Counted from the first letter of the stretch, positions 17,420 to 25,209 are shown. The stretch: 59,777 nt of DNA from Candidatus Falkowbacteria bacterium (GCA_013791585.1 VMTK01000061.1:1-59777); one strand, 5' to 3'. Notes: generated by a model from the sequence alone, not told the origin. A program made the numbers and translations.

Positions 17420-18001
17420 TCAAGAACAAGAAATCTCACGTCTTACTTTCTTTTGTTTTGCTAAAATTACTACTGCTTCATACGCTCCAAACAAGACGGG
17501 AACATAAAACAAATTGCCTAACAAAGTATTTCTAAAAAACGGCAAGGCCAAAGCATAGCACTGGATTAATCCCGCTATGCTTTTTGCGTACCATGGAGAA
17601 AATTGCCACACCGCCCAATTGGTAACAATGAAAAATATCACGGAGGCAACAATGCTTCCGGCCATAACGGTTTCAAAGCTTTTATGCTTTTTTATAACCA
17701 GCCCGAGCAGGCCGATAATCATATAGCTGCCGTAGACAGCCAAACCCAGCCGCCAATCATAAAAACCGATAAAAAAATCCCCGATCAGCATCGCTATAAT
17801 CGGCAAACCGATCGCGTAGTTCTTGCCCAGATACACTCCGGCAAACAGCGCGATAGCGGCAATCGGCGCGAAATTCCAGGCATGAGGCATTAATCTGCAC
17901 GCTACTCCCAGAAAAATCAGAGCGATTGAAATAATTAATTTTGTTTTGTTGGACATAGTTTTGAAATTAGAAATTAGAAATTTGAAATAATGAAAATGCA
18001 A
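17420..18001 (-). CDS. small polytopic membrane protein, candidate vitamin (cobalamin) transporter component
   Basis: About 178 aa from the likely start MSNKTK at 17956, with 5-6 hydrophobic helices. It is the last gene of the riboswitch-led operon. The function is inferred from context only. Confidence 0.45.
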   Translation of the reverse strand: MHFHYFKFLISNFKTMSNKTKLIISIALIFLGVACRLMPHAWNFAPIAAIALFAGVYLGKNYAIGLPIIAMLIGDFFIGFYDWRLGLAVYGSYMIIGLLGLVIKKHKSFETVMAGSIVASVIFFIVTNWAVWQFSPWYAKSIAGLIQCYALALPFFRNTLLGNLFYVPVLFGAYEAVVILAKQKKVRREISCS

Positions 18002-18043
18002 GAATATGAAAATATCTTTTCTGCCGCGGCAAAAATTGTAAAA

Positions 18044-18496
18044 TTAATCAATCTGCCCTTCCGCGTATTTCCACTCAACAACATCTCCATTCTGCAATTC
18101 ATAAGAGCTTGCGCCTACTTTCGCGTATTGGCCGTTAACCCAATACTGCCAATAATAACCGGAGTCAAAATCATTCCGCTTGCCGTTAATTGATTCAATA
18201 AACACGCCCATATCTCCGCCATAATCTTTGTAATTTAATTCTATATTATTTTCAGAAACAGCTTTTTGCAAAACCTCAAATACGGAATCATTATCCCCTA
18301 TCGCGATATCGCTGAATGTTTTAATGTCTTCATCGCCGAAATCAAAAATTAAGCTGGCGTATTCCTGCTCTTGTTCCTGCTGGCAGACAATCGGCTGGCT
18401 GTCTTGCACTGCCGGTTCTGCGGCGTATTGCTGGCCAAAAATGAATCCAGTGAAAAACACGGCGATTAGAATAATGATTTTAGCCAAAAATTTCAT
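18044..18496 (-). CDS. secreted DUF4430 / transcobalamin-C-terminal-like domain protein
   Basis: 150 aa with a signal peptide. The motif YWQYWVNGQYAKVGASSYELQNGDVVEWKY is typical of PF14478-type domains. Confidence 0.7.
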   Translation of the reverse strand: MKFLAKIIILIAVFFTGFIFGQQYAAEPAVQDSQPIVCQQEQEQEYASLIFDFGDEDIKTFSDIAIGDNDSVFEVLQKAVSENNIELNYKDYGGDMGVFIESINGKRNDFDSGYYWQYWVNGQYAKVGASSYELQNGDVVEWKYAEGQID

Positions 18497-18502
18497 GTTT
18501 CT

Positions 18503-18632
18503 ATTATTTAACTATTTTATTATTTTATTATTTTTATTATTTTATTATTTTTATTATTTTATTATTTTTATTATTTTATTATTTTATTATTTTATTATTT
18601 AATTATTTTTATTATTTAATTATTTTATTATT
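18503..18632. repeat. AT microsatellite, unit ATTATTTT (8 nt, occasional 9-nt units), about 14 copies
   Basis: Seen directly. It fills the gap between two minus-strand genes and runs into the last codons (KKRNNKIIK) of 18612-19112. Confidence 0.9.
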
Positions 18633-19112
18633 TCTCTTCTTTCTTAATTTTACCATAAAAAATATTATTAAACAACTTCCGATAACTATTTCTAAAATTA
18701 TCCACCAAAAAGGAATGTCCATTGCCGTAATAACAATCGGCACCTTAACTCCTGAAGCTGCTGTTAAGCCGGTATGATTAACCGGCCGGCTTACAACTGA
18801 AATATTATCATTGAATTTGCATGGAATCCAAGATTTAACAATAACAACAGCTATCCGGCTGCTGTTTGGCTCCAAAAGAAAATCAACGGGGCTGATAGTT
18901 ATCTTTCTTTTTAAATTGTCAGCGGAAACAGAATAAAACGCCGGTTCATCGCTTGGATTAATAATTAATATTTCTGTTTCCGCGGCTTTGCCGATTTCGG
19001 TTTTTATGTTTAGCTCTTTGGGCTTTACGCCAACGCCGATTGCCATAACGGATTTTGCGGCCGACAGCAAAAAGAAACAAATTAATATTAAAAATAGAGT
19101 ATTCTTTTTCAT
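18612..19112 (-). CDS. secreted Ig-like/PapD-like fold protein with C-terminal TM anchor
   Basis: 166 aa. Signal peptide, a beta-rich segment resembling the C-terminus of the 664-aa protein, then a TM helix and a basic tail. Confidence 0.5.
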   Translation of the reverse strand: MKKNTLFLILICFFLLSAAKSVMAIGVGVKPKELNIKTEIGKAAETEILIINPSDEPAFYSVSADNLKRKITISPVDFLLEPNSSRIAVVIVKSWIPCKFNDNISVVSRPVNHTGLTAASGVKVPIVITAMDIPFWWIILEIVIGSCLIIFFMVKLRKKRNNKIIK

Positions 19113-19144
19113 ACGCTTATTATAGAGGTTGGTGATTTTCTTGA

Positions 19145-19266
19145 TTTCTACCGACTTTTAAGTCGGGTTTTGGCGGCTTTAGCCGCCAAGTTTAGTGAAG
19201 CTAAAGCTTCACGAACCCGAGCTAAAGCTCGGTAGAAGTTAGCTTGGGTTTTAAAACCCAAGCTAA
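19145..19266. repeat. nested multi-hairpin palindromic element, copy B3, plus an adjacent 28-nt perfect palindrome
   Basis: tttctaccg-cgacttttaagtcg-ggcggctttagccgcc-gtgaagctaaagcttcac-gagctaaagctc-ggtagaag, followed by ttagcttgggttttaaaacccaagctaa. Confidence 0.8.
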
Positions 19267-19273
19267 CAAAAAG

Positions 19274-21268
19274 CTATCGCGCCCAGAATATTAATTCGCC
19301 TGTTTTAATGCCTGAACCAAAATAATTTTCTGGTATATTTAATTCCGCGTTTACTTCCTTGCTTTCACTCGCCGCAAGAGTATTGCCGAAATTTTGCCAT
19401 ATTTGATTATCAAGCCGTAAATTATTTAAAAATAATAAATCGCCGCTTACGGATGCCGTTATTGTCAAATCAACCGTGCCTGAATTAATAATATCCAATG
19501 ACTGGGACGCGGCATCGCCCGGCTTCATTTTTCCAAAATCAAGCCGGCTGGCTGAAATTTCAAAAATTATTGATTCGCCGGCAACATTGCTATTTTCTGA
19601 CTGGATAATCTCCACGGACAAAGCGATGTTCTGAGATATTCCATCGCCGACAAAAACTTCTTCCTGATTACTGCGGATAAAACTGTCTTTTTCAGCAAAC
19701 AAATTATAATAACCGTCAGGCAATACTGCCATTGCCTGTCCCGAAGCATCAGTTGTGTAATCCTGATCCCCGCCCTTGATGACAGCGTCTTGCAGCGCGT
19801 TCCATGCTTGGCCGTCAAAATATTCAACTGTCATAGCAATGCTCCGGCCTGTTGCTAAATTGTTTGCGCTTACCGACAACCTTGCCGGCTGCCACCCCCA
19901 TTCGCCGTAATACCACAGCACTTCATCGCCTTGAGATAATGTATAATCAGCCGCGCCGATTAACGGAGATTCATAATTCACAAAATACATCCAGCCAATC
20001 ATGCCTGAGCCGGATTCATTGTTTATTTGGCTTAAATAAGATCCAAAAGAAGAATCAGTAATAACATACGAATAGCCGCAAATTTCAGCCGCGTTCTCTA
20101 CGACTTCCAAAGCTGTATCGCCGGCAACATAAACATCGCAAATCATATTGTTCTGACCCTCTATTCTTAAATGATAATCGCCTGAATCCGCGGTCCAATA
20201 GCCAACAGGAAAACTTTTGCCGCTTAAAGCAATAACCGCGTAAGCAGTCATGGCTTTATTGTTCCATTCTGAAGTTCCCGGCTCTACCCACCAAAAACCG
20301 CCGCCAGCATCCTGAAGAGATTCTAAATGGCTGATCGGATTATTGTTGTTTTTGTCCCAATCAGCCGGATTCTGCCCGATTTTATACAAAGCGGAAATAA
20401 CCCAGGAATCAGAGCCGGAATCAGAATCTGTTCCCCAGTCAGACGCTGGATCATACGGAAAACCGCCGTCATTGTTTTGGCTTAATTCTAAATAGTTAAC
20501 CGCATTAACAATAACAGAATCCGCAACACTTATTCCAGCTTCAACTAATGCCATAATTGCCGCGGCCGTATCATTGGTATCGCTATCGCCGTTAACAGCA
20601 TAGCCCCAGCCGCCGTCAGTATTTTGATTAGACATTAAATAATTTTTTGCCGCCATTGCCTCGTTTGAATTAACTTCACCAACTGAAGCTAATGCTAAAA
20701 TTGACCAAATATCATCATTAAGCAAGCTTTCATCTCCTATTTGATTATTGTTTAAATAAGTTTTTAATTTAGCGACATAGTCAATATTGCCAAAGGTTTT
20801 AGGATTTTCTCCAACTGCCGCCAATGCCAAAATGGCTTTAGCGTAATCAGTTGCCGATGTTCCTGAAACATTGGTTAAATGATCAGTTGCTATATTGTCT
20901 GCTCCGGCGGCAGATAACGCCTGGGTAATCCACGCGTCTTGCGGCTGGGCTTGCAAATAGACAACAGCGCTTCCAATGTCGGCGACAGCCAAAATCGGAG
21001 AAAAAATTAATGCCAGCGCGATAAATAAACCCCGCACAAAAAAGTGTCGCCCCGACAATCCTGTCGGGATAAACTTGTCAGTGGCATTAGGCCACAGACT
21101 GCGACGATTTATTGCACCCCTAACTTCATTAACCCCATTAGATAATTTATCTAATACGTGATTAGATGCTTTTTTTGTGCGGGGTAAAAATAAAATTTTT
21201 GTTTTCATAAAAAAATCTCTCTTTTCCAAGAGAGAGCTAAAAATAACCGTAAAAAAACGGATATTCAT
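19274..21268 (-). CDS. large secreted transcobalamin-like protein: alpha/alpha-toroid repeats plus a DUF4430 domain plus Ig-like domains
   Basis: 664 aa. Toroid repeats are NQNTDGGWGY, SQNNDGGFPY and LQDAGGGFWW. The DUF4430 motif is GWMYFVNYESPLIGAADYTLSQGDEVLWYY. The C-terminal domains are beta-rich. Confidence 0.65.
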   Translation of the reverse strand: MNIRFFTVIFSSLLEKRDFFMKTKILFLPRTKKASNHVLDKLSNGVNEVRGAINRRSLWPNATDKFIPTGLSGRHFFVRGLFIALALIFSPILAVADIGSAVVYLQAQPQDAWITQALSAAGADNIATDHLTNVSGTSATDYAKAILALAAVGENPKTFGNIDYVAKLKTYLNNNQIGDESLLNDDIWSILALASVGEVNSNEAMAAKNYLMSNQNTDGGWGYAVNGDSDTNDTAAAIMALVEAGISVADSVIVNAVNYLELSQNNDGGFPYDPASDWGTDSDSGSDSWVISALYKIGQNPADWDKNNNNPISHLESLQDAGGGFWWVEPGTSEWNNKAMTAYAVIALSGKSFPVGYWTADSGDYHLRIEGQNNMICDVYVAGDTALEVVENAAEICGYSYVITDSSFGSYLSQINNESGSGMIGWMYFVNYESPLIGAADYTLSQGDEVLWYYGEWGWQPARLSVSANNLATGRSIAMTVEYFDGQAWNALQDAVIKGGDQDYTTDASGQAMAVLPDGYYNLFAEKDSFIRSNQEEVFVGDGISQNIALSVEIIQSENSNVAGESIIFEISASRLDFGKMKPGDAASQSLDIINSGTVDLTITASVSGDLLFLNNLRLDNQIWQNFGNTLAASESKEVNAELNIPENYFGSGIKTGELIFWAR

Positions 21269-21314
21269 TAGTTCTCTAACCTCGAAGAATTTAATGAATT
21301 AATAAAATAATATA

Positions 21315-21412
21315 AGCTATTACCAACTCGTTCTGGCTTATTTCTGAATTTTATCAGAAATTCACAGCTGCGGGACAGCGGAGGATTTTCACCTCGCTTC
21401 GGAAAGTAATAG
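21315..21412 (-). promoter_or_regulatory. cobalamin riboswitch-like aptamer (compact form)
   Basis: Minus strand reads GCUAUUAC-UUUCCGAAGCGAGGUGAAAAUCCUCCGCUGUCCCGCAGCUGUGA-AUUUCUGAUAAAAUUCAGAAAU-AAGCCAGAACGAGUUG-GUAAUAGC. It shows P1 closure, a conserved core and a B12-box-like AGCCAGAA. Confidence 0.7.
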
Positions 21413-21427
21413 CAATTGATTTATGAT

Positions 21428-21456
21428 TATTATATTCTAAAAATTTAAAATAGGCA
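21428..21456 (-). promoter_or_regulatory. sigma70-type promoter TTGCCT-17-TATAAT upstream of the riboswitch
   Basis: The reverse complement of 21451-21456 is TTGCCT. A 17-nt spacer follows. The reverse complement of 21428-21433 is TATAAT. Confidence 0.6.
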
Positions 21457-21486
21457 AGGGTTTATAAAGGATCTACTGATTGTTAG

Positions 21487-21610
21487 CTTCTACCGAGTTT
21501 TTCCTCCGGAGGCGGATCATCCTTTGGCTGAAACTCGGGTTTGTGAAGCTTTAGCTTCACTAAACTCGGCGGTTAAAACCGCCGAAACCCGACTTAAAAG
21601 TCGGTAGAAG
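21487..21610. repeat. nested multi-hairpin palindromic element, copy B4 (long form, same orientation as B2)
   Basis: The terminal repeats are cttctaccg and cggtagaag. The long hairpin is gagtttttcctccggaggcggatcatcctttggctgaaactc. Further hairpins are gtgaagctttagcttcac, ggcggttaaaaccgcc and cgacttaaaagtcg. It shares the 3' flank ttttttccgccaca with B2. Confidence 0.8.
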
Positions 21611-21685
21611 CAATTTTTTTTCCGCCACAGAGAAAAAATATAAAAAAGCCTATTAGAAACATGAAACCTCACGGCTTACCGCCGT

Positions 21686-21719
21686 GGCAGAATCTCTCAG
21701 CAGAGGATTCTGCCGTTTT
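21686..21719 (+). terminator. family C bulged hairpin copy 2, followed by a T-run (possible terminator)
   Basis: ggcagaatCTCTcagcAGAGgattctgcc then gtttt. It has the same loop and bulge as 9192-9222 but a different, still complementary, stem. Confidence 0.45.
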
Positions 21720-21745
21720 AAGAATTTTTTAGCCGACAACCCCTC

Positions 21746-21774
21746 TTGACACCTCTTGACACTTTATTTATACT
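21746..21774 (+). promoter_or_regulatory. promoter TTGACA-17-TATACT positioned for a leaderless transcript
   Basis: TTGACA at 21746-21751 and TATACT at 21769-21774. The ATG at 21781 lies 7 nt downstream of the -10 element and there is no SD. Confidence 0.5.
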
Positions 21775-21780
21775 TAAAAT

Positions 21781-22029
21781 ATGGAACAAGAAATAAAACC
21801 AAATTCAATATATACAACCAATGAAACGCAAAAGCTGTTAAAAATAAGCAACAGCACTATTAAGCGCATGCTTAAAAACGGCTTGCTAAAAGCCAACAAA
21901 GTAGGCGGGCAATATAGAATCCTTGGAAAGGAAATCTTGCGCTTAGTATCGCCTGAAGCGGAAAAGAAAGCGGTAAAATCATATTTAAAAATAAAAAAGC
22001 AAGTTGTGGATAAAATTAATAAATGGTGA
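21781..22029 (+). CDS. small helix-turn-helix DNA-binding protein (excisionase/MerR-type HTH)
   Basis: 82 aa. TTNETQKLLKISNSTIKRMLKNGLLKANKVGGQYRI. Confidence 0.7.
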   Translation: MEQEIKPNSIYTTNETQKLLKISNSTIKRMLKNGLLKANKVGGQYRILGKEILRLVSPEAEKKAVKSYLKIKKQVVDKINKW

Positions 22030-22090
22030 AATATAATCCGAATCTACGAATTTTATCCAAATACTGCAAATTACTACAAATTAAAACTAT

Positions 22091-23179
22091 ATGAGAAAAG
22101 CATTGATAACGGGCATAACAGGCCAAGACGGCTCGTATTTATCTGAATTACTATTGGCTAAAGGATATGAAGTCCATGGCATTATTAGGCGCGCCAGCAG
22201 TTTTAACACCGGCCGCATTGATCATCTCTACCAAGCTCCTTGTGAAAATAAAAGAAAATTTATTTTACATTATGGCGACCTGACTGACGCGACTAGTATT
22301 ATTAGGCTGATCAAAAAAATACAGCCGGAAGAAATATATAATCTGGGAGCGCAAAGCCATGTTAAAGTATCTTTTGAATCGCCTGAATACACCGCGAATT
22401 CAGACGCTATCGGAACGCTTCGCATGCTTGAAGCCATAAGATTGTTAGGATTAGAGCGCAAAACAAAATTTTATCAAGCTTCAACCTCTGAAATGTTTGG
22501 AGCCACTCCCCCGCCGCAAGATGAAAATTCTAAATTTTATCCAAGAAGCCCATACGGCGTCGCGAAGCTTTATTCCCACTGGATAACAATAAATTATCGC
22601 GAGGCATATAACATATTTGCTGTTAGCGGAATACTTTTTAACCATGAATCTCCAAGGCGGGGAGAAACTTTTGTGACTAAAAAAATAACAAGGGCTGCCG
22701 CGAGAATAAAATTAGGATTGCAAAAAAAATTATTTCTGGGCAACCTTAACTCAAAACGAGACTGGGGCCACGCGAAGGATTATGTTATGGCAATGCACCT
22801 TATGCTTCAGCAGGAAAAGCCCGATGATTATGTTATCGCCACGGGCAAGCAATATTCCGTCCGCGAATTTTGTGAATTCGCCTTTAAAGAACTGGGCATT
22901 GAAATAATTTGGCAAGGAGAAGGAATTTCTGAAAAAGGAATTGATAAAAGAACCAACGAAACAATAATTGAAGTTCATCCTGATTATTTTAGGCCGACTG
23001 AAGTAAGCTCTCTTCTGGGCAACCCGAAAAAAGCTAAAGAAAAATTAGAATGGAAAGCAAAAATTTCTTTTGAAGATCTGGTTAAAGAAATGGTCCAATG
23101 CGATTTAGAAGAAGCCAGAAGAGAATTGCACCTAAAAAATCACGGTTTTAAAATAAATAATAAACATGAAACCCATTAG
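22091..23179 (+). CDS. gmd: GDP-mannose 4,6-dehydratase
   Basis: 362 aa. [44 protein letters not shown], and the rest of the sequence is also typical of Gmd. Confidence 0.95.
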   Translation: MRKALITGITGQDGSYLSELLLAKGYEVHGIIRRASSFNTGRIDHLYQAPCENKRKFILHYGDLTDATSIIRLIKKIQPEEIYNLGAQSHVKVSFESPEYTANSDAIGTLRMLEAIRLLGLERKTKFYQASTSEMFGATPPPQDENSKFYPRSPYGVAKLYSHWITINYREAYNIFAVSGILFNHESPRRGETFVTKKITRAAARIKLGLQKKLFLGNLNSKRDWGHAKDYVMAMHLMLQQEKPDDYVIATGKQYSVREFCEFAFKELGIEIIWQGEGISEKGIDKRTNETIIEVHPDYFRPTEVSSLLGNPKKAKEKLEWKAKISFEDLVKEMVQCDLEEARRELHLKNHGFKINNKHETH

Positions 23180-23234
23180 ATATTAAAAAATACCGCGGAA
23201 ACATAATTAAAATAATTTAACAAGTATAAATTCA

Positions 23235-24199
23235 ATGGATACTATGGGAAAAAAATCATCTAACGGGTTAAATAAAAATTCTAAAATTTATGTCGCGGGC
23301 CACCGCGGATTAGTCGGCTCGGCAATAATCCGAAGTCTTATCAAGCAAGGATATAATAATCTAATAACTAAAACCAGGCAAGAGTTAAATTTGCTTGACG
23401 CGCAAACTGTTGCTGAATTTTTTAAGAAAGAAAAGCCGGAATATATATTTCTGGCCGCTGCCAAAGTCGGAGGAATTATGGCAAACAAAACTTATCCGGC
23501 TGAATTTATTTTTGAAAATTTGACAATACAAAACAACATCATCCATAACGCTTATTTGAATAAAGTAAAAAAACTTTTATTTTTGGGCAGTTCCTGCATC
23601 TACCCCAAATTATCTCCTCAGCCGATTAAAGAAGAATATCTGTTAACATTAGAACTTGAACCAACCAATAAAGCTTACGCGATAGCCAAGATCGCGGGAA
23701 TTGTTATGTGCCAATCATATAATCGCCAATACGGAACCAATTTTATTGTGGCTATGCCGACGAATCTCTACGGGCCAAATGATAATTTTAATTTAGGCAC
23801 ATCGCACGTACTCCCCGCTTTAATGAGAAAATTTCACGAAGCAAAAAAAACGATAAAAAAGAAATTGAAATCTGGGGAACCGGCGTGGCAAGAAGAGAAT
23901 TTTTGCATGTTGATGATCTGGCAAACGCATGCGTATTTTTAATGAACAATTATAATAATTCTGATATAATAAATATTGGAACAGGTGAAGATTTATCAAT
24001 AGAAGAATTAGCGGAAATTATAAGAGAGATTGTTGATTTTAAAGGTAAAATAAAATGGGACTCTTCCAAGCCGGATGGGACGCCAAGAAAATTATTAGAT
24101 GTAAACAAATTACATAAACTAGGATGGAAGCATAAAATTAATTTAGAAAAAGGTATTACAAACATCTATCAATGGTATAAAGAAAACGTAAAAATATAA
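23235..24199 (+). pseudogene. fcl: GDP-L-fucose synthase (GDP-4-keto-6-deoxymannose epimerase/reductase) split by a frameshift in an A8 tract
   Basis: The two ORFs 23235-23942 and 23885-24199 together give a full Fcl ([14 protein letters not shown] ... [22 protein letters not shown]). The frames join if the A-run at 23843-23850 had 9 A's instead of 8. Confidence 0.85.
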
Positions 24200-24322
24200 C
24201 ATAATTTGAATGCCTCCCGTCATTCGCATGCGCCCCATCATTCGCATGATCGCCATTTGTAGCGGCGAGTCTACTCTGTTCATTCGTAGCGGGGCTCCCA
24301 AAGGGAAAACATAAAAATACTT

Positions 24323-25150
24323 ATGAATGGCACAAAAATAACCATTATCAGGCCTAAAAAAACATTCAGCTGGAATGACATAAAAGAAATCTGGCAGTAC
24401 AAAGAACTGCTCTACTTTTTTACTTGGCGCGATTTGAAAGTAAGATACAAACAAACCGCCGTAGGCGTTCTTTGGGCGATTTTTCAGCCATTTATGACAA
24501 TGGTAGTTTTCAGCATATTTTTCGGCAAATTGGCTCAAATGCCGTCCGACGGCATACCCTACCCTATTTTTGTCTATACAGGCCTGTTGTTATGGCAATT
24601 TTTTTCTTCCGCATTGTCAGAAACCAGCAGCTGCTTAATCAGCAATCAAGCGATTATAACCAAAGTATATTTTCCGCGATTAATCCTGCCAATATCATCC
24701 GTGCTTACTAAATTAGTTGATTTCGCCATAGCTTCTGTTATTTTAGTCGGATTAATGGCATATTACAATTACTTGCCTAACTTAACGGGACTTTTAATAA
24801 TACCTCTGCTTCTGCTGATAACATTTATGGCCGCGGTTGGCTTTGGATTATTTTTAGCCGCAGTTAATGTTAAATACAGGGATGTGCGCTATGCTTTACC
24901 GTTTTTTATCCAGATGATGATGTTCGTAACTCCTGTCATATACCCTGCCAGCATTGCCGGCAAATATTCATGGATCTTGGCGATAAACCCGATGACCGGG
25001 GTTATAAAAGCGGCCAGGGCCGCGATCCTCGGCAATGCTCCGATTAACTGGGAATTATTGCTTATTTCAGGAATTGCCTGCTTAATCATGCTGATTATCG
25101 GAGTAATATATTTTAAAAAAACAGAAAGATATTTCGCGGATGTGGTATAA
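24323..25150 (+). CDS. wzm: ABC-2 type polysaccharide exporter permease (Wzm/TagG/KpsM family)
   Basis: 275 aa with 6 TM helices. WRDLKVRYKQTAVGVLWAIFQPF. Confidence 0.9.
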   Translation: MNGTKITIIRPKKTFSWNDIKEIWQYKELLYFFTWRDLKVRYKQTAVGVLWAIFQPFMTMVVFSIFFGKLAQMPSDGIPYPIFVYTGLLLWQFFSSALSETSSCLISNQAIITKVYFPRLILPISSVLTKLVDFAIASVILVGLMAYYNYLPNLTGLLIIPLLLLITFMAAVGFGLFLAAVNVKYRDVRYALPFFIQMMMFVTPVIYPASIAGKYSWILAINPMTGVIKAARAAILGNAPINWELLLISGIACLIMLIIGVIYFKKTERYFADVV

Positions 25151-25209
25151 ACGATACTAATACGCTGATTAGCTATCATCATAACCTACGAATTATATTT
25201 ACAATATTT

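Noticed and set aside
18324-18602. 92-aa plus-strand ORF ending in FIILLFLLFYYFYYFIIF
   Set aside because: It is antisense to the DUF4430 gene and then reads through the ATTATTTT microsatellite, so it is a repeat-driven artefact.
13361-21610. Whether the recurring hairpin repeats form a CRISPR array
   Set aside because: The copies are kilobases apart, lie in both orientations, are separated by genes rather than short unique spacers, and no cas genes are present.
21781-22029. Whether the excisionase-type HTH marks a prophage or integrative element
   Set aside because: No integrase, att-like tRNA junction or phage genes lie adjacent. The gene sits at the head of a biosynthetic operon, so a regulator role is more economical.
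24143-24538. 131-aa minus-strand ORF spanning the fcl-wzm spacer
   Set aside because: It overlaps the 3' end of fcl and the 5' end of wzm on the opposite strand. Its sequence comes from the degenerate direct repeats, and there is no RBS or domain.
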